DNA of 63,164 bases, taken from IMG/VR virus record IMGVR_UViG_3300022166_000001. One strand, given 5' to 3'. The translations under genes and the position numbers were made by a program. Source of the stretch: a virus. The notes beneath the pieces were generated by a model. That model searched no databases. It saw only the letters and a program-made list of their open reading frames with translations, and was not told where the DNA came from. Shown here one piece after another: positions 26,800 through 37,099 of this stretch. Numbering within the stretch: position 1 is the stretch's first letter; the number at the start of each line of letters is the position of its first letter.

Positions 26800-29001
26800 T
26801 TAGCAAAAGAAATACTTTGAGTTATAAACGTCTTGGAGGTCTAAACTTCCTGTTTCAGGTTGAGCAAAAGTGAATGATTCTTTATTCTCCATGAGGGTAT
26901 CTTGGAGGGTGTTAAAGAAGTTCTCTGTGTCATACTGAGCAATGAAGTTCATCTTAGTTACTTCTTGTAGAAAATCCACTTCATCAGCGTGGGTACTAAA
27001 AGAATCGTGAACTGCACCAAAACTACCATTGAAGCCAACAATAGTGTTAGCCATATGAGCAGCATCATAGGAATGTACCACATTAGGGCTAATACCCGAA
27101 GCAAAACTCCTACGGCATGGTACTTTTTCCCCAGTTTCTTTATTGAGGACATCCACTTTAATAACGTGCATGATACGACCGTCTTTATTTCCCGTAATAC
27201 CTCGTATCGTACCTCGCTGTTTGCGTTCGTGCTGAAGATAAGCTTTGTAAACCACAGGGAAGCCACTAGGAGTGTGCCAAGTAAGGTTATTTCTACCGGA
27301 GTTAAGTTCATGTTCTGCAATCTTCTGTAAGTATTTAGTTGTTTTAAGTGGACCAGCACATACAGTGTTGATTGCTTTGATTAGGTTACCTGCAAGAGTA
27401 TCACACTGATCCTGATCAATGTTATACTTGACAGTGAAACCTTCTACGTGACAATCATCATACATGTTCTTGGCGATACGTTGTTTACCTGCTGAGTAAG
27501 CACGAGTCATAGAGCCTCGTTTAGCAATACCTTTACGGATATGCTTCATAGGCATCTGCTTTTCTTCAAACCATTCAGGCATAATTGTGATGAGTTCTTT
27601 AGCAACAGCTACATAGAAGTCTTTTTGGATAGGAGTAGGTACTAAGGACACTAATGTACCTGCTTGCTTATCTTTGGACATAGCTGCAAGATGCTGCCAG
27701 CCGTTATTAGAACCATCAATAGGGATAGGGAACCCTGACATATACTCTTGACGTAACATCTTAGCTACTTTGTACCCTTGAATCTCTAAACAACAAGCTA
27801 GTAAGCTATATGGCTTTTCAGCTGACATGTCAATACGTTTCTGCTTGGCAATCTCCATTAAGAAGGTCATGTTGTTATCAACCCAAGCAGCACGATCATC
27901 TAAGGTCATCTTGTCTAAAGAGATAGTATCAAGACCTTCTTCTTGTAGATAAGCTTTGTAGTCAGTCTTAAAGTAGCTTGGGATTTCATCAATGTTGAAT
28001 GATGTATTGTAGCAAGCTGCTGTATGTACCTTTAACCAGAAGAAACCTTTTTCACTGACATGCTTTTTGTTAGCGAATAAAAAGAGACTACGGGCTAAGT
28101 CACTACCTTGGAACTCAAGGAATGATTCAGCATAGTAGACTCGTCCACGATAGTCACAAGATACTTCTTGGTAGAAGGTCTGATCATTAACTAATCGTGC
28201 TTTCTTTAGTACCTGATTGTATTCGAAGTACTTACTAAGCATACGTTGTAGCTTAGGGTCTTTCTTACCCATGAACTTAGTACCGTCTAAGTGGTTAAGT
28301 TTCTTAGGTAAGTTAAGGTTCTCATGGTGAATGTTGTATACAAAGATTTCACCATTCTCATCAACCAAGTCAAGAGTTTCTGAAGGGTATGTATGCTCCA
28401 TAGCCTCTAGCACTGGTAGATTAAGCTTCCAAGGCTGTTGGCGTAATGTCTCTAGACTCTTGATGAATGGTTTGTCTAGGTACTCATGGAACAAACGACT
28501 GTTAGACCAGCCCTTAATGAACGGTTCTTTAGTAAGGTGACTATACAAACCAGTGATAGGTAATAACGGTTCAAATGATGTGCCGATTAACGTGGGCTTA
28601 AGATCGTCTGTCTGGTTAACGATACGTACCATGTATGGAGCCTTACGACCATCATACTCACGGAAGATATCGATTAGACCGTCTTGGAGGAATGTTTCAA
28701 GCAGAAGGTCTCCAAGAGATAAAGTTGATTTGATATTATGCTCGTCCGTGCCAATAGCTCTTGCAATTCGCTTCCCGATAAGGTCAGAGGCGAAAGTAAG
28801 CTTAACTGACGCAGAGTGTGTTGCATTTTTGTTACGGATACAGTAACGCAGCAAGGTGTCCCACGATTCATTGATAAACCTTTCTAAGTCGTATTCCCAT
28901 GTAGGGTGATGTGCAAGGAGTCTAGCACCCTCATTATAGATCTTATCTGAGTTTAATACTACCTTGGATACACGTTCAGTAAGATATTGTGTTGGATTCA
29001 T
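26800..29001 (-). CDS. T7-like single-subunit DNA-dependent RNA polymerase, 733 aa
   Basis: DYRGRVY (T/DxxGR), PIDGSNNGWQHLAAM (motif A), RKGIAKRGSMTRAYSAG (motif B) and GAVHDSFSTH (motif C). Confidence 0.9.
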   Translation of the reverse strand: MNPTQYLTERVSKVVLNSDKIYNEGARLLAHHPTWEYDLERFINESWDTLLRYCIRNKNATHSASVKLTFASDLIGKRIARAIGTDEHNIKSTLSLGDLLLETFLQDGLIDIFREYDGRKAPYMVRIVNQTDDLKPTLIGTSFEPLLPITGLYSHLTKEPFIKGWSNSRLFHEYLDKPFIKSLETLRQQPWKLNLPVLEAMEHTYPSETLDLVDENGEIFVYNIHHENLNLPKKLNHLDGTKFMGKKDPKLQRMLSKYFEYNQVLKKARLVNDQTFYQEVSCDYRGRVYYAESFLEFQGSDLARSLFLFANKKHVSEKGFFWLKVHTAACYNTSFNIDEIPSYFKTDYKAYLQEEGLDTISLDKMTLDDRAAWVDNNMTFLMEIAKQKRIDMSAEKPYSLLACCLEIQGYKVAKMLRQEYMSGFPIPIDGSNNGWQHLAAMSKDKQAGTLVSLVPTPIQKDFYVAVAKELITIMPEWFEEKQMPMKHIRKGIAKRGSMTRAYSAGKQRIAKNMYDDCHVEGFTVKYNIDQDQCDTLAGNLIKAINTVCAGPLKTTKYLQKIAEHELNSGRNNLTWHTPSGFPVVYKAYLQHERKQRGTIRGITGNKDGRIMHVIKVDVLNKETGEKVPCRRSFASGISPNVVHSYDAAHMANTIVGFNGSFGAVHDSFSTHADEVDFLQEVTKMNFIAQYDTENFFNTLQDTLMENKESFTFAQPETGSLDLQDVYNSKYFFC

Positions 29002-29005
29002 TTTG

Positions 29006-30610
29006 TTATTCGAAGTCTACGAAAGAAGTTTGATTTAGACGACCTGTTTTAGCATCATAAGATGTACTACCACAGTCACCAGTGCGACCAGTGTGTCGGC
29101 ATTTAAGGACACGGAGTCGGATTGTGTTACGGACTTGTTCCATCTCAGCAACCATGTTACGGCAGAAAGCAATGATATCAAACGAGATTTGTTTAATAGA
29201 GCCTGAGCCTTTGATGTCATCAATAGAAGGCATGTGGCCTTCTTCGAATGGCTTTTCACCTTTACGCAAGTGAGAAACAACACCTAACCAGATGTTATGT
29301 TTCTTAGTGATCTTAAGTAGGTCAGACATGAAAGCATCTACTGCTTCGTTGCCTGTCTTACCTTTAACACCTTCAGATACAGCAATAGTAATGTGGTCAA
29401 GGATAAGATACTTACAACCCATCAATGCTAGGTGTTCGATCTTATCAATCAATGACTCATCACTAACAGAACCTTGGTGGTCAAGTAGTACTAAGCGTTC
29501 ATCACCGAATACAGCCTTGAATGCTTCATACTGTTCTTCCTCAGGTACTTCACCTGACTTAAGGTCTTTCTTCAGGTGCATACCAATGAACTTCTCTGCA
29601 GTGTCACCTACAGATTCTTCAAGGGAAACCATACCTACCATATCTTCAGTCTTGTCTAGGATTTCTAGTACAATCTCTTTAATAACAGTAGATTTACCTG
29701 AGCCAGTACCAGAAGTGAACAGTACGATTTCACCTAAGCGCATACCAAAGAGCTTGTCGTTAAGTGAGTTCAAGCATGGTGGGTAGGCTAGTGATACAAC
29801 AGACTGTTTAAGTTTGAACTGTTCCCATACAGCTTCACCCTTGACTACATCTGAAGGACTGTATGTTGCAGCATCAAAGATACAGTTCATTAAAGCTGCA
29901 GAACCATGTTTGATTAGTACATCACATGGATCTTTCTCAGGTAGTGATGCTACCTTTACTTTATCATAGCCAATGATCTTAGCTGCAGCTTGAACAGCCT
30001 TTTGACCGGGTTCATCCATGTCAAACATCAAGACTACTTCATCAAATGAGCGTAGCCATTCACGTTGCTCTAAGATTAGCCCTGTTGCTGAGGCACTGGG
30101 AAGGGCCACTGCTGGATAGAATCGTTGGTACTTGTCGTATTGAGCTTGAGCAACTGCAAGCGCATCAAGTTCGCCTTCTGTAATGATAATTCTCTTACCA
30201 CCAGTAGCGTTGGCTTGTCCAAAGAGTTGAGTTCCTTTAAAGTCGCCATGAATGATAAATGATTTTGGTAGCTTTCGTTCTTTGTAAGCAACGACCACCC
30301 CATCTTTAGTGTATGGATAGAAATGGCTAGCCATAGTACCATCTTCAGCGTAAGATACCTTAACTCCATATTGAGCCGCCACAGTTTTTGTGATACCTCG
30401 TTCTTGAAATCCTCGTGTGTCATAATCTTTAATCTCATTTAGGTTGTGCATGTTGTAGTCTTCGGTGTAGTATTCAGTTGGTGTATATGCGGGGTCGATT
30501 GGAGATGACTTTTGGCAACTAAAACAGAAGCCATGTGAGTCATCTTCTTTGTAACTAAATGCATCGGATGATGAACATTTAGGACACGGTGCGTGGATCC
30601 ATCGTGACAT
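29006..30610 (-). CDS. Bifunctional primase-helicase (T7 gp4-like)
   Basis: N-terminal Zn finger CPKCSSSD...CFSCQ, a TOPRIM-like region, and a DnaB-type Walker A (TSGTGSGKST). Confidence 0.9.
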   Translation of the reverse strand: MSRWIHAPCPKCSSSDAFSYKEDDSHGFCFSCQKSSPIDPAYTPTEYYTEDYNMHNLNEIKDYDTRGFQERGITKTVAAQYGVKVSYAEDGTMASHFYPYTKDGVVVAYKERKLPKSFIIHGDFKGTQLFGQANATGGKRIIITEGELDALAVAQAQYDKYQRFYPAVALPSASATGLILEQREWLRSFDEVVLMFDMDEPGQKAVQAAAKIIGYDKVKVASLPEKDPCDVLIKHGSAALMNCIFDAATYSPSDVVKGEAVWEQFKLKQSVVSLAYPPCLNSLNDKLFGMRLGEIVLFTSGTGSGKSTVIKEIVLEILDKTEDMVGMVSLEESVGDTAEKFIGMHLKKDLKSGEVPEEEQYEAFKAVFGDERLVLLDHQGSVSDESLIDKIEHLALMGCKYLILDHITIAVSEGVKGKTGNEAVDAFMSDLLKITKKHNIWLGVVSHLRKGEKPFEEGHMPSIDDIKGSGSIKQISFDIIAFCRNMVAEMEQVRNTIRLRVLKCRHTGRTGDCGSTSYDAKTGRLNQTSFVDFE

Positions 30611-30612
30611 AG

Positions 30613-30780
30613 TTAGTTCCAGTCTCGTTCTTCACGAAGCTCACGTAGGAAATTTCTGCGGTCACTTGCTTGACGTTGGGTTTGTTTCTTTTCTTTGAAT
30701 TTGTTTTTGAATTCATCCTTTAATGAGACCTCATCCTCATACTGGACATTCTTGATTGGTGGTTTAAATTTCTTACTCAT
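30613..30780 (-). CDS. Small basic hypothetical protein (the longest ORF extends to 30822)
   Basis: ATG 30780 overlaps the upstream stop by 8 nt. Lys/Arg-rich. Confidence 0.4.
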   Translation of the reverse strand: MSKKFKPPIKNVQYEDEVSLKDEFKNKFKEKKQTQRQASDRRNFLRELREERDWN

Positions 30781-31423
30781 TTTCTTTACGTTTAGCCCAA
30801 GATGCTTTTTGAGCTGCAGCAATAGCAGCCTTATGCGCTTCAGTTTTAGTTTTCCCTTTACCTGCTGCAGACATTTTTGCTTTTACAGTATCAGGGATGA
30901 CTTTTCCTTTAGCTGATTCAGACATTTTAGCTCTTACTTCAGGCCGTTTAGAGCTGTTATTGTCGCCTCGTTGCCACTCACTCATTTTACGGCGAGTTTC
31001 TTCTGAGAGTTGTTCTTTAGCAATGAACTTAATATTACCAATAGCTTGGTTGATGTAGGTACGTTCACCTTTATCATCAACAGCATGCAATACTCTTGCC
31101 GCCCATTGCAGTTCTACTTCAGCTGATACTACACCAGCGCGTGTATCAAACAATTCTACAATTTCAAATGTGAAGTATTCAAGACCATATTTTTTAATAG
31201 CTTCTTTGACATATACAGACGATGTTTTATAGGTATTCCAATCAGATTCTTTTTGCTTAGTTTTCTTACCGAAGTTGGTATAGAAAAACTTACGACCAAT
31301 GTACTTCTTTTGGTATTCAGGATGAGTACAAGTAACTAAGTATACAAAACCGAACTTATTATTCGGTGTCTGGAATAGTTGACCCTGATACATCCAAGGT
31401 GTTAGTGGTTTCTTTGTTGCCAT
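30773..31423 (-). CDS. GIY-YIG homing endonuclease with NUMOD3-like repeats
   Basis: FGFVYLVTCTHPEYQKKYIGRK, plus C-terminal repeats SEETRRKMSEWQRG, PEVRAKMSESAKG and DTVKAKMSAAGKG. Confidence 0.7.
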   Translation of the reverse strand: MATKKPLTPWMYQGQLFQTPNNKFGFVYLVTCTHPEYQKKYIGRKFFYTNFGKKTKQKESDWNTYKTSSVYVKEAIKKYGLEYFTFEIVELFDTRAGVVSAEVELQWAARVLHAVDDKGERTYINQAIGNIKFIAKEQLSEETRRKMSEWQRGDNNSSKRPEVRAKMSESAKGKVIPDTVKAKMSAAGKGKTKTEAHKAAIAAAQKASWAKRKENE

Positions 31424-32159
31424 TGTTGTTCCAGGTTAGACGTTCTTTTAATTCTTCAAAGTTGAGATGTCGTAGGTCATCAAGAGACTCACGCATGTAG
31501 ATGCAGTTAGCACATTTAAGGAAGTTATTTTCCCATGTTTCAGGTTGTTTTGCTTTCCAGATTTCAATAACCTTCCCCCATAGGAGGTTATTAGGTGTGT
31601 CTTTAGTAAGCTTGATAGCTGTCTTTTCACCTACACCACGTAGACCTTGGATGTTATCTGTAGCGTCACCTGTTAATACCTGCATCATCAAGAAGCGGTA
31701 AGCCTCTGAATCATCCATGAAGTAAAACTCTTTCTTACGAAAGTTATAGTGCCAACCTGGAATACAGTTGAGGTCTTTATCAATATGAGCTACTACATAA
31801 GGACGACCTTCATCTAAAGCTTTCTTAGCGTAGATAGAACAGTAGTCATCAGCCTCACCGTCAGTACCTTCAGTACAGAAGTCTTTAGCGTACTCATACA
31901 GCTTCTCAATACGATCTTTAATCTCAGGTTCAATAGTATCCTTACGGGTATTCTTGTATTCAGGATCACAGATGTATCGAAAGTTATTAGCACCCTTCAT
32001 AAAGATAAGAGCAGTACCAGAGTCAGTAGTTTCAATGATATCCTTAATAAAGTTATCAAGAGACTTCTTAGCTAATGCCGGTGAAGGTGTAGTGAAAGCA
32101 ATCTGGTAGATGATACTATCTACGTCAATGATTACCTCATCAAAGTTACGTTCAATCAT
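31359..32159 (-). CDS. 5'-3' exonuclease / flap endonuclease
   Basis: LTGDATDNIQGLRGVGEKTAIKL (H3TH motif) plus N-terminal acidic PIN-like residues. Confidence 0.85.
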   Translation of the reverse strand: MIERNFDEVIIDVDSIIYQIAFTTPSPALAKKSLDNFIKDIIETTDSGTALIFMKGANNFRYICDPEYKNTRKDTIEPEIKDRIEKLYEYAKDFCTEGTDGEADDYCSIYAKKALDEGRPYVVAHIDKDLNCIPGWHYNFRKKEFYFMDDSEAYRFLMMQVLTGDATDNIQGLRGVGEKTAIKLTKDTPNNLLWGKVIEIWKAKQPETWENNFLKCANCIYMRESLDDLRHLNFEELKERLTWNNNGNKETTNTLDVSGSTIPDTE

Positions 32160-32331
32160 TGTTCAACCAATCATCAAACACTTTAGCACCTTCACTTGAA
32201 GCCGCCATACCTGTTACAAAATTACCTTTGATTTCTTCATAAAGAAACCCTGCAATAAAGAACGGCATACAGAATACTAAGATAGTAATACAAGCAACCA
32301 CTTTTAAAATAAGTTTAATGAACTTCTGCAT
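32152..32331 (-). CDS. Small membrane protein, 59 aa (below the ORF-track cutoff)
   Basis: MQKFIKLILKVVACITILVFCMPFFIAGFLY... Fills the gap between the DNAP and exonuclease genes and overlaps both neighbours. Confidence 0.4.
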   Translation of the reverse strand: MQKFIKLILKVVACITILVFCMPFFIAGFLYEEIKGNFVTGMAASSEGAKVFDDWLNND

Positions 32332-34162
32332 ATGTTTTTCCTACGTGGGCATCACCGCCCATACAATTAATACCAAACCACTTAGGCGCTTCAGTGAACG
32401 CTTCAATGGATAACTCTTTTACTTCTTGCTCATACTGCTCAGGAACCACAATTGCAAATTCATCATGGTAATGTAAAGCAAAGTAGTGAGGGATTCCACG
32501 CTTACGCATCTCATCCTGCATGTATACTGCTGCAGCTTTACAAGTGATACCTTCTGCTGTTTGTAAGACATAGTTTAATACCTGATGTTGAGAACTTACG
32601 AATACAATACGACCATCTAAACCTCTGACCCAAGCGTTCCCTTTACCAAACGCAGCTTCAGTTCTTTCGAATTGTCCTGTAAGCTTGGCTTTGAGTTCGG
32701 CAAGTCCGGGGATTGAATTTTCGAACTTGGACATAGCTTCTTGTCCAACTTTAGCATCACGCTTTCCGGTAAGGATACTGCCAAGCTTAGCTGCACCACC
32801 CCCGAAGAGGAAGGCATACAAGAATGGCTTAGCCAGTTTACGTGTGGTGCCAATAGCCTCAGCGTTTCGAGTATGAACGTCACCATTGATTACCTCATTA
32901 GTAAAATCATCGTTACCGATATAATGACAAAGACCACGCATCTGGTTACCTGCAGAGTCAGCCCCGATAATAACGGTTCCATCCTCACACTTAAGTAATC
33001 CACGCATCTCTTTGCCGTAAACAGCGTCAACACTAGGTAGATTAGCAATAACCTCGTGGCGACACCTAAAGGTAGGAGTACCAATAGTCCACATACGACC
33101 ATGAAGACGGTGGTCTGGGTGTTCTGTTGCTTCACGAATCCATCCCTCCAAGATACCCTTACGAGCACGTAGCGTATAGTACTCACTGATTAAAGGAGCA
33201 CCACCACCAAGAATTGCTAGCGAAGTATCAGTAATCTTAGGTGACTTATTAACGAACTTACCGTTGACACGTTCAACGTTCCATTCATCAGGTACCCATC
33301 CGATAGAATATAGATAATCCTTTACTACTTCAATACTACCTACCTTACCTTGTTCAAAGGAGATACGGCAGTAGGGGCCAGCAATAGGGCGATCTTCCTT
33401 ACCAGACTCTTGTGTGTAACCAAACCATTTGACAGTAGCAGAGGTATAGCAACCATCCTTACGCCATGCTGGTGTTTTAACTTCATCAGGCTTATCTTTC
33501 TTGATACAACGAAGACCAATCAAAGGCTCTAATACACCTTCAATACGTTCCATTTCATTGTTCATCTTGGTTAGTAGTGTCTGAGCACCAGCCATATCGA
33601 AGACCCAACCTTTAGTTCGGATAGCTGCTTCGATAGCAGCGAAACGGTTCTCAACCTCAAGACCTTTGGCGTACATAGGGAACTTACCAATGATCTTCTT
33701 AGCTTCTTCTACTAAGACCTTGTATACCTTAACGTTCAATTCAACGTCACGGATACAATAGGTAAGCATCTCTTGAGAGTACTTTTCCCAGTCATTGAAG
33801 TCTAGCTTAGGGAATCCAAGCTTAGAACCCCAACCTTCAAGACCATGTTTATGCTCACGCTTAAACTGGTTTGTCTGGGACATAATCCAAGTGTCAATTA
33901 CCTTAACGGAATCAGGAGGAGACCATCCAGTGATATGCTTGAGCACAACAAGGTCATAACCAATAAAGTTGTGACCATAGATGATATCAGCAGTACTGAT
34001 AAAGTCGAGACCATCTCGGAGCGAAGGTAAGTTTTCATCATAGTCAGAGAAAGAATGTACTTCTCCAGTGTCTGAGTTGATAGCAACCATACACCAGATT
34101 TTATCTACGTGTGGCATAAGACCATTAGTCTCGATGTCAACACACAATCTTAGTTTAGTCAT
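32315..34162 (-). CDS. DNA polymerase, family A with 3'-5' exonuclease domain
   Basis: CVDIETNGL (Exo I), GADSAGNQMRGL (motif A), RKLAKPFLYAFLFGGG (motif B) and HYHDEFAIV (motif C). Confidence 0.9.
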   Translation of the reverse strand: MTKLRLCVDIETNGLMPHVDKIWCMVAINSDTGEVHSFSDYDENLPSLRDGLDFISTADIIYGHNFIGYDLVVLKHITGWSPPDSVKVIDTWIMSQTNQFKREHKHGLEGWGSKLGFPKLDFNDWEKYSQEMLTYCIRDVELNVKVYKVLVEEAKKIIGKFPMYAKGLEVENRFAAIEAAIRTKGWVFDMAGAQTLLTKMNNEMERIEGVLEPLIGLRCIKKDKPDEVKTPAWRKDGCYTSATVKWFGYTQESGKEDRPIAGPYCRISFEQGKVGSIEVVKDYLYSIGWVPDEWNVERVNGKFVNKSPKITDTSLAILGGGAPLISEYYTLRARKGILEGWIREATEHPDHRLHGRMWTIGTPTFRCRHEVIANLPSVDAVYGKEMRGLLKCEDGTVIIGADSAGNQMRGLCHYIGNDDFTNEVINGDVHTRNAEAIGTTRKLAKPFLYAFLFGGGAAKLGSILTGKRDAKVGQEAMSKFENSIPGLAELKAKLTGQFERTEAAFGKGNAWVRGLDGRIVFVSSQHQVLNYVLQTAEGITCKAAAVYMQDEMRKRGIPHYFALHYHDEFAIVVPEQYEQEVKELSIEAFTEAPKWFGINCMGGDAHVGKTYAEVH

Positions 34163-34644
34163 AGGAGTTTATCTGCATACATTACAGTGTAGAAGTGTTC
34201 GAATACACGAGCTTCAACCTCACACGGGTCAAAGAAGTATGATTCACGGGATGACTCTTTATCGTATGTACACTTAGGAACTTTGAATCCATCACGACCT
34301 GTTAAGTGTTGACACACATGAACAAACTCGTGGCACATAATATAAAGAAACAGTTGCTTAGTGAAGTAGTTATTTTCCCAGTCACTAAGATATGGATCAC
34401 GAATCTGTACTAGGATACGACCAGCTTGGTCTTCACCATGAATAGTCATACCCATTTCGTGATCATCGTCTGCGTATTCAACACAGGCAATACTCACTTT
34501 GTATTTTTCCTCAGTGACCTTTACATTAAATCGCTTGCAGTAGTCATCAAGGATATTGAAGAATACCTTAGCAACGTTCTCTTCAGCTGCCGGTAAGCAA
34601 GCTACTTCTACTTGAACAGTAGGAAATCGTTTATCCTTCCTCAT
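34159..34644 (-). CDS. Hypothetical protein with an HExxH metallopeptidase-like motif
   Basis: IMCHEFVHVCQHL, followed by DPCEVEARVFE. ATGA-type overlap with the DNAP gene. Confidence 0.45.
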   Translation of the reverse strand: MRKDKRFPTVQVEVACLPAAEENVAKVFFNILDDYCKRFNVKVTEEKYKVSIACVEYADDDHEMGMTIHGEDQAGRILVQIRDPYLSDWENNYFTKQLFLYIMCHEFVHVCQHLTGRDGFKVPKCTYDKESSRESYFFDPCEVEARVFEHFYTVMYADKLL

Positions 34645-34822
34645 TGATCTTCTTCCATGTTACGTTAGGAGAGCCTAACTCGGTTAATTCCGTAGCCATT
34701 TGCATGGTAAGTTCCTCATAGCTTTCAATAGTTTCTTCTAGTTCACTATTAAGATATTGTAGGTATACGATATAGAATAGTGAAATGAGAAGGAGAATGT
34801 TGGTTCCACCCTCTGTGAGCAT
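34631..34822 (-). CDS. Small membrane protein, 63 aa
   Basis: Hydrophobic N-terminus (NILLLISLFYIVYL). Confidence 0.45.
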   Translation of the reverse strand: MLTEGGTNILLLISLFYIVYLQYLNSELEETIESYEELTMQMATELTELGSPNVTWKKINEEG

Positions 34823-35307
34823 TAGTTTAATCCTGTTTTAGCTAACCAAGCAGGGTCAGCAAGACTGTTTTGAGGTGAGTTCTGGTTGATACCTACTCCC
34901 ATCTTACGAAGGAAGTCTACACCATCCATACACTTGTAGTTATCTCGGTATACTACTCGCTTAATTCCAACACTAAAAATAAGTTTAGCGCAATCAATGC
35001 AAGGACTGAGGGTGCAATACAGAGTAGCCCCAACAGTACTGCTATTTGAACGCGCCACCTTAGCGATGGCTTGAGCTTCAGCATGGAGTACAGTGTTTGT
35101 TTGAGTGTCGTTGTTAGTTTTTGGAGGTGTGCCATTATAAGAGAATGAAATAATGTTGTCGTCTTTAACGATTAATGCACCAACCTTACGGTCTTCTGCA
35201 TACGATTGTTGTGCGGTTACTTCAGCAACACGCAAGTAGAATTCATCCCAGTCACGTTGACTTTTCATCTTGGTCCTTACACAGGTTGATATAAGCTTTT
35301 TGAACAT
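34822..35307 (-). CDS. dCMP deaminase (a likely shorter start is ATG 35268)
   Basis: HAEAQAI and PCIDCAKLI zinc-binding motifs. Confidence 0.85.
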   Translation of the reverse strand: MFKKLISTCVRTKMKSQRDWDEFYLRVAEVTAQQSYAEDRKVGALIVKDDNIISFSYNGTPPKTNNDTQTNTVLHAEAQAIAKVARSNSSTVGATLYCTLSPCIDCAKLIFSVGIKRVVYRDNYKCMDGVDFLRKMGVGINQNSPQNSLADPAWLAKTGLN

Positions 35308-35416
35308 CAGACATGATGTCTAACAGGTTTATTAAGGCATTTTCCTTAATGTAGTTATCTGGTTCAGGTAGTAGGATGAGTACCTTTATGGCACCCTCCG
35401 AGTGTTCAACCATCAT
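35252..35416 (-). CDS. Small hypothetical ORF, 54 aa
   Basis: ATGA overlap with the stop of 35413-35682. Below the track cutoff. Confidence 0.3.
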   Translation of the reverse strand: MMVEHSEGAIKVLILLPEPDNYIKENALINLLDIMSDVQKAYINLCKDQDEKST

Positions 35417-35682
35417 TTGAGAACTCCATGTTGTTTGTCCCAGTAGTTGTAGTTCATTAGCTTGAGGTCATAAGCACGACCTATAGCTGTACGGTCTAAC
35501 TCCCATTTGTTAGATAGTAAGTCAAGCATACACTTGAGTTGACCAATTTCAGTCTCTAAGTGTGACTTGTTTGTTACACCTGTTTCAGGGTGTGGGTGAT
35601 TCAATGTAAATCGAAAACATTTACTGATAGCTTGGATTACTTCAGCACATTCCTCTTGGGTGGCTACAGGGATTAGATTCAT
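35413..35682 (-). CDS. Hypothetical protein (weak MazG-like helical pattern)
   Basis: QEECAEVIQAISKCFRF...; 89 aa. Confidence 0.45.
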   Translation of the reverse strand: MNLIPVATQEECAEVIQAISKCFRFTLNHPHPETGVTNKSHLETEIGQLKCMLDLLSNKWELDRTAIGRAYDLKLMNYNYWDKQHGVLK

Positions 35683-35825
35683 TCTTCGATGTCCTCAATT
35701 TCTACAATTTGATAAGTTTCGTCTGGGCGTAGGCCAGCACTAAAGCAAACATCCATTAACATTTTTACATCTTCATGGTAAGTGTCTTGGAGTTCAACTA
35801 CTATGGTTACAATGGTCTTTTTCAT
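35679..35825 (-). CDS. Small acidic hypothetical ORF, 48 aa
   Basis: The ATG lies 6 nt downstream of motif P4. ATGA overlap with the next gene. Confidence 0.4.
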   Translation of the reverse strand: MKKTIVTIVVELQDTYHEDVKMLMDVCFSAGLRPDETYQIVEIEDIEE

Positions 35826-35831
35826 GGTGTG

Positions 35832-35851
35832 TTCCTATAAGGTACCGACTA
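35832..35851 (-). promoter_or_regulatory. Phage promoter-like motif P4 (TAGTCGGTACCTTATAGGAA on the minus strand)
   Basis: 19/20 match. TAG is the stop codon of the upstream gene, and GGAA acts as the RBS for the downstream ORF. Confidence 0.6.
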
Positions 35852-36157
35852 GGGTTTGAAGTCTTTCAATAAGATTGCTCGTTCAGAAAACATTTGTAGA
35901 GTACTACATTTGTTGTCATATTTCTCGCGTTCTTTAGGTGTCATTGGGCGATAACCGTATTTACCTTCTTCTAGAAGATCAAATACTTCATATGGATTAC
36001 CATACAAACCATAAGAACGTTCTATCGGGTGCGCTTTAACTTTTCCATTAACAATATCTCTGAATTGATACACATTCATAGATGCACTACGTCCAACAAT
36101 AGTTGGGTAAGCAAAGTAGTCACCTACATTTACTTCTTGTCCAAGAAAATCTTTCAT
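35849..36157 (-). CDS. Hypothetical protein, 102 aa
   Basis: GGAGAC RBS; clean ORF. Confidence 0.55.
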   Translation of the reverse strand: MKDFLGQEVNVGDYFAYPTIVGRSASMNVYQFRDIVNGKVKAHPIERSYGLYGNPYEVFDLLEEGKYGYRPMTPKEREKYDNKCSTLQMFSERAILLKDFKP

Positions 36158-36217
36158 AATTAGTCTCCAGATGAACAGCTTGATGACGAGTCAGATGATG
36201 AGTAAGAGCTACCACTA

Positions 36218-37099
36218 TCACATGTCGATGACATCCCTAAACCCCAAGAAGATTGGGTGTCGTGGCTTGTCCTTGACTCCGATTGGAAAGTGTTTGTACT
36301 TAACAAATTTTCCCACCAAAGATTCTTTATTTTTCCAAAAGTTAAGTCGATCTTGCTGGTCAAAACCTGAGCCGATGTTAAAGTCAATATTGTCACTGGT
36401 TCTGCAGATAAAAGCACCAAGAGTTCCTTTCCCAGTGAGTCCAGCTTTTGCTGTTGATCGTTTAGTTCGTCCAAGTTCATTTGTTTCAGCATCGTTCCCA
36501 TTGTGCATCTCTTCCTCAAAACCAACAATAACAGCCTCAGCATCTTCAAAGCGTTTAAGCTTAAAGGCATTAGCTTCTTTCATAGTACAACGACCATACT
36601 TATATTTACCATGAGGACTACGTAGTACTACTCCTTCATATCCTTTCTCAAGACATACTTCTTCTAGTTCTAATAACTTTGTTTTATCATAAGCAGGATG
36701 TGCAATAATCCTACGGTAGTTATCAGGCATACTACGTGCTTCGTGATACCCTTCCATCCGATTATGGTATGTGTTGATTAGGTCATTCCAATAGTCAAAG
36801 TGGAAGAAAAAGAATTCACCTACTTTATCATGTGACATAACAAAAGAGTTAGTATCACGATATACTGTAGGTGATGTCGCTGGTCCTACAATAAGTTCAC
36901 CATCCATACCTTCAAGCTTTTTAGCGTTAATGAAAGCCCACGATTGAATGTGTTTGTTAGGGATAGGTTTAAGAGTGCGACTAAGGGCAACGCCATTATG
37001 AAACAATACACGGATACCATCTAGTTTAGGCGTTACATAGATAGGGTACTTGAGAGTATCTAAGTCAGGTAACTCTCGTGGTAATAACATTGGTTTCAT
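36218..37099 (-). CDS. ATP-dependent DNA ligase
   Basis: Motif I TPKLDGIRV (KxDG), with an adenylation domain plus OB-domain length (293 aa). Confidence 0.85.
   Translation of the reverse strand: MKPMLLPRELPDLDTLKYPIYVTPKLDGIRVLFHNGVALSRTLKPIPNKHIQSWAFINAKKLEGMDGELIVGPATSPTVYRDTNSFVMSHDKVGEFFFFHFDYWNDLINTYHNRMEGYHEARSMPDNYRRIIAHPAYDKTKLLELEEVCLEKGYEGVVLRSPHGKYKYGRCTMKEANAFKLKRFEDAEAVIVGFEEEMHNGNDAETNELGRTKRSTAKAGLTGKGTLGAFICRTSDNIDFNIGSGFDQQDRLNFWKNKESLVGKFVKYKHFPIGVKDKPRHPIFLGFRDVIDM

Noticed and set aside
36160-36614. ORFs 36160-36570(-) and 36171-36614(+)
   Set aside because: They overlap the DNA ligase gene in other frames or on the other strand. The ligase frame has the KxDG motif and full length.
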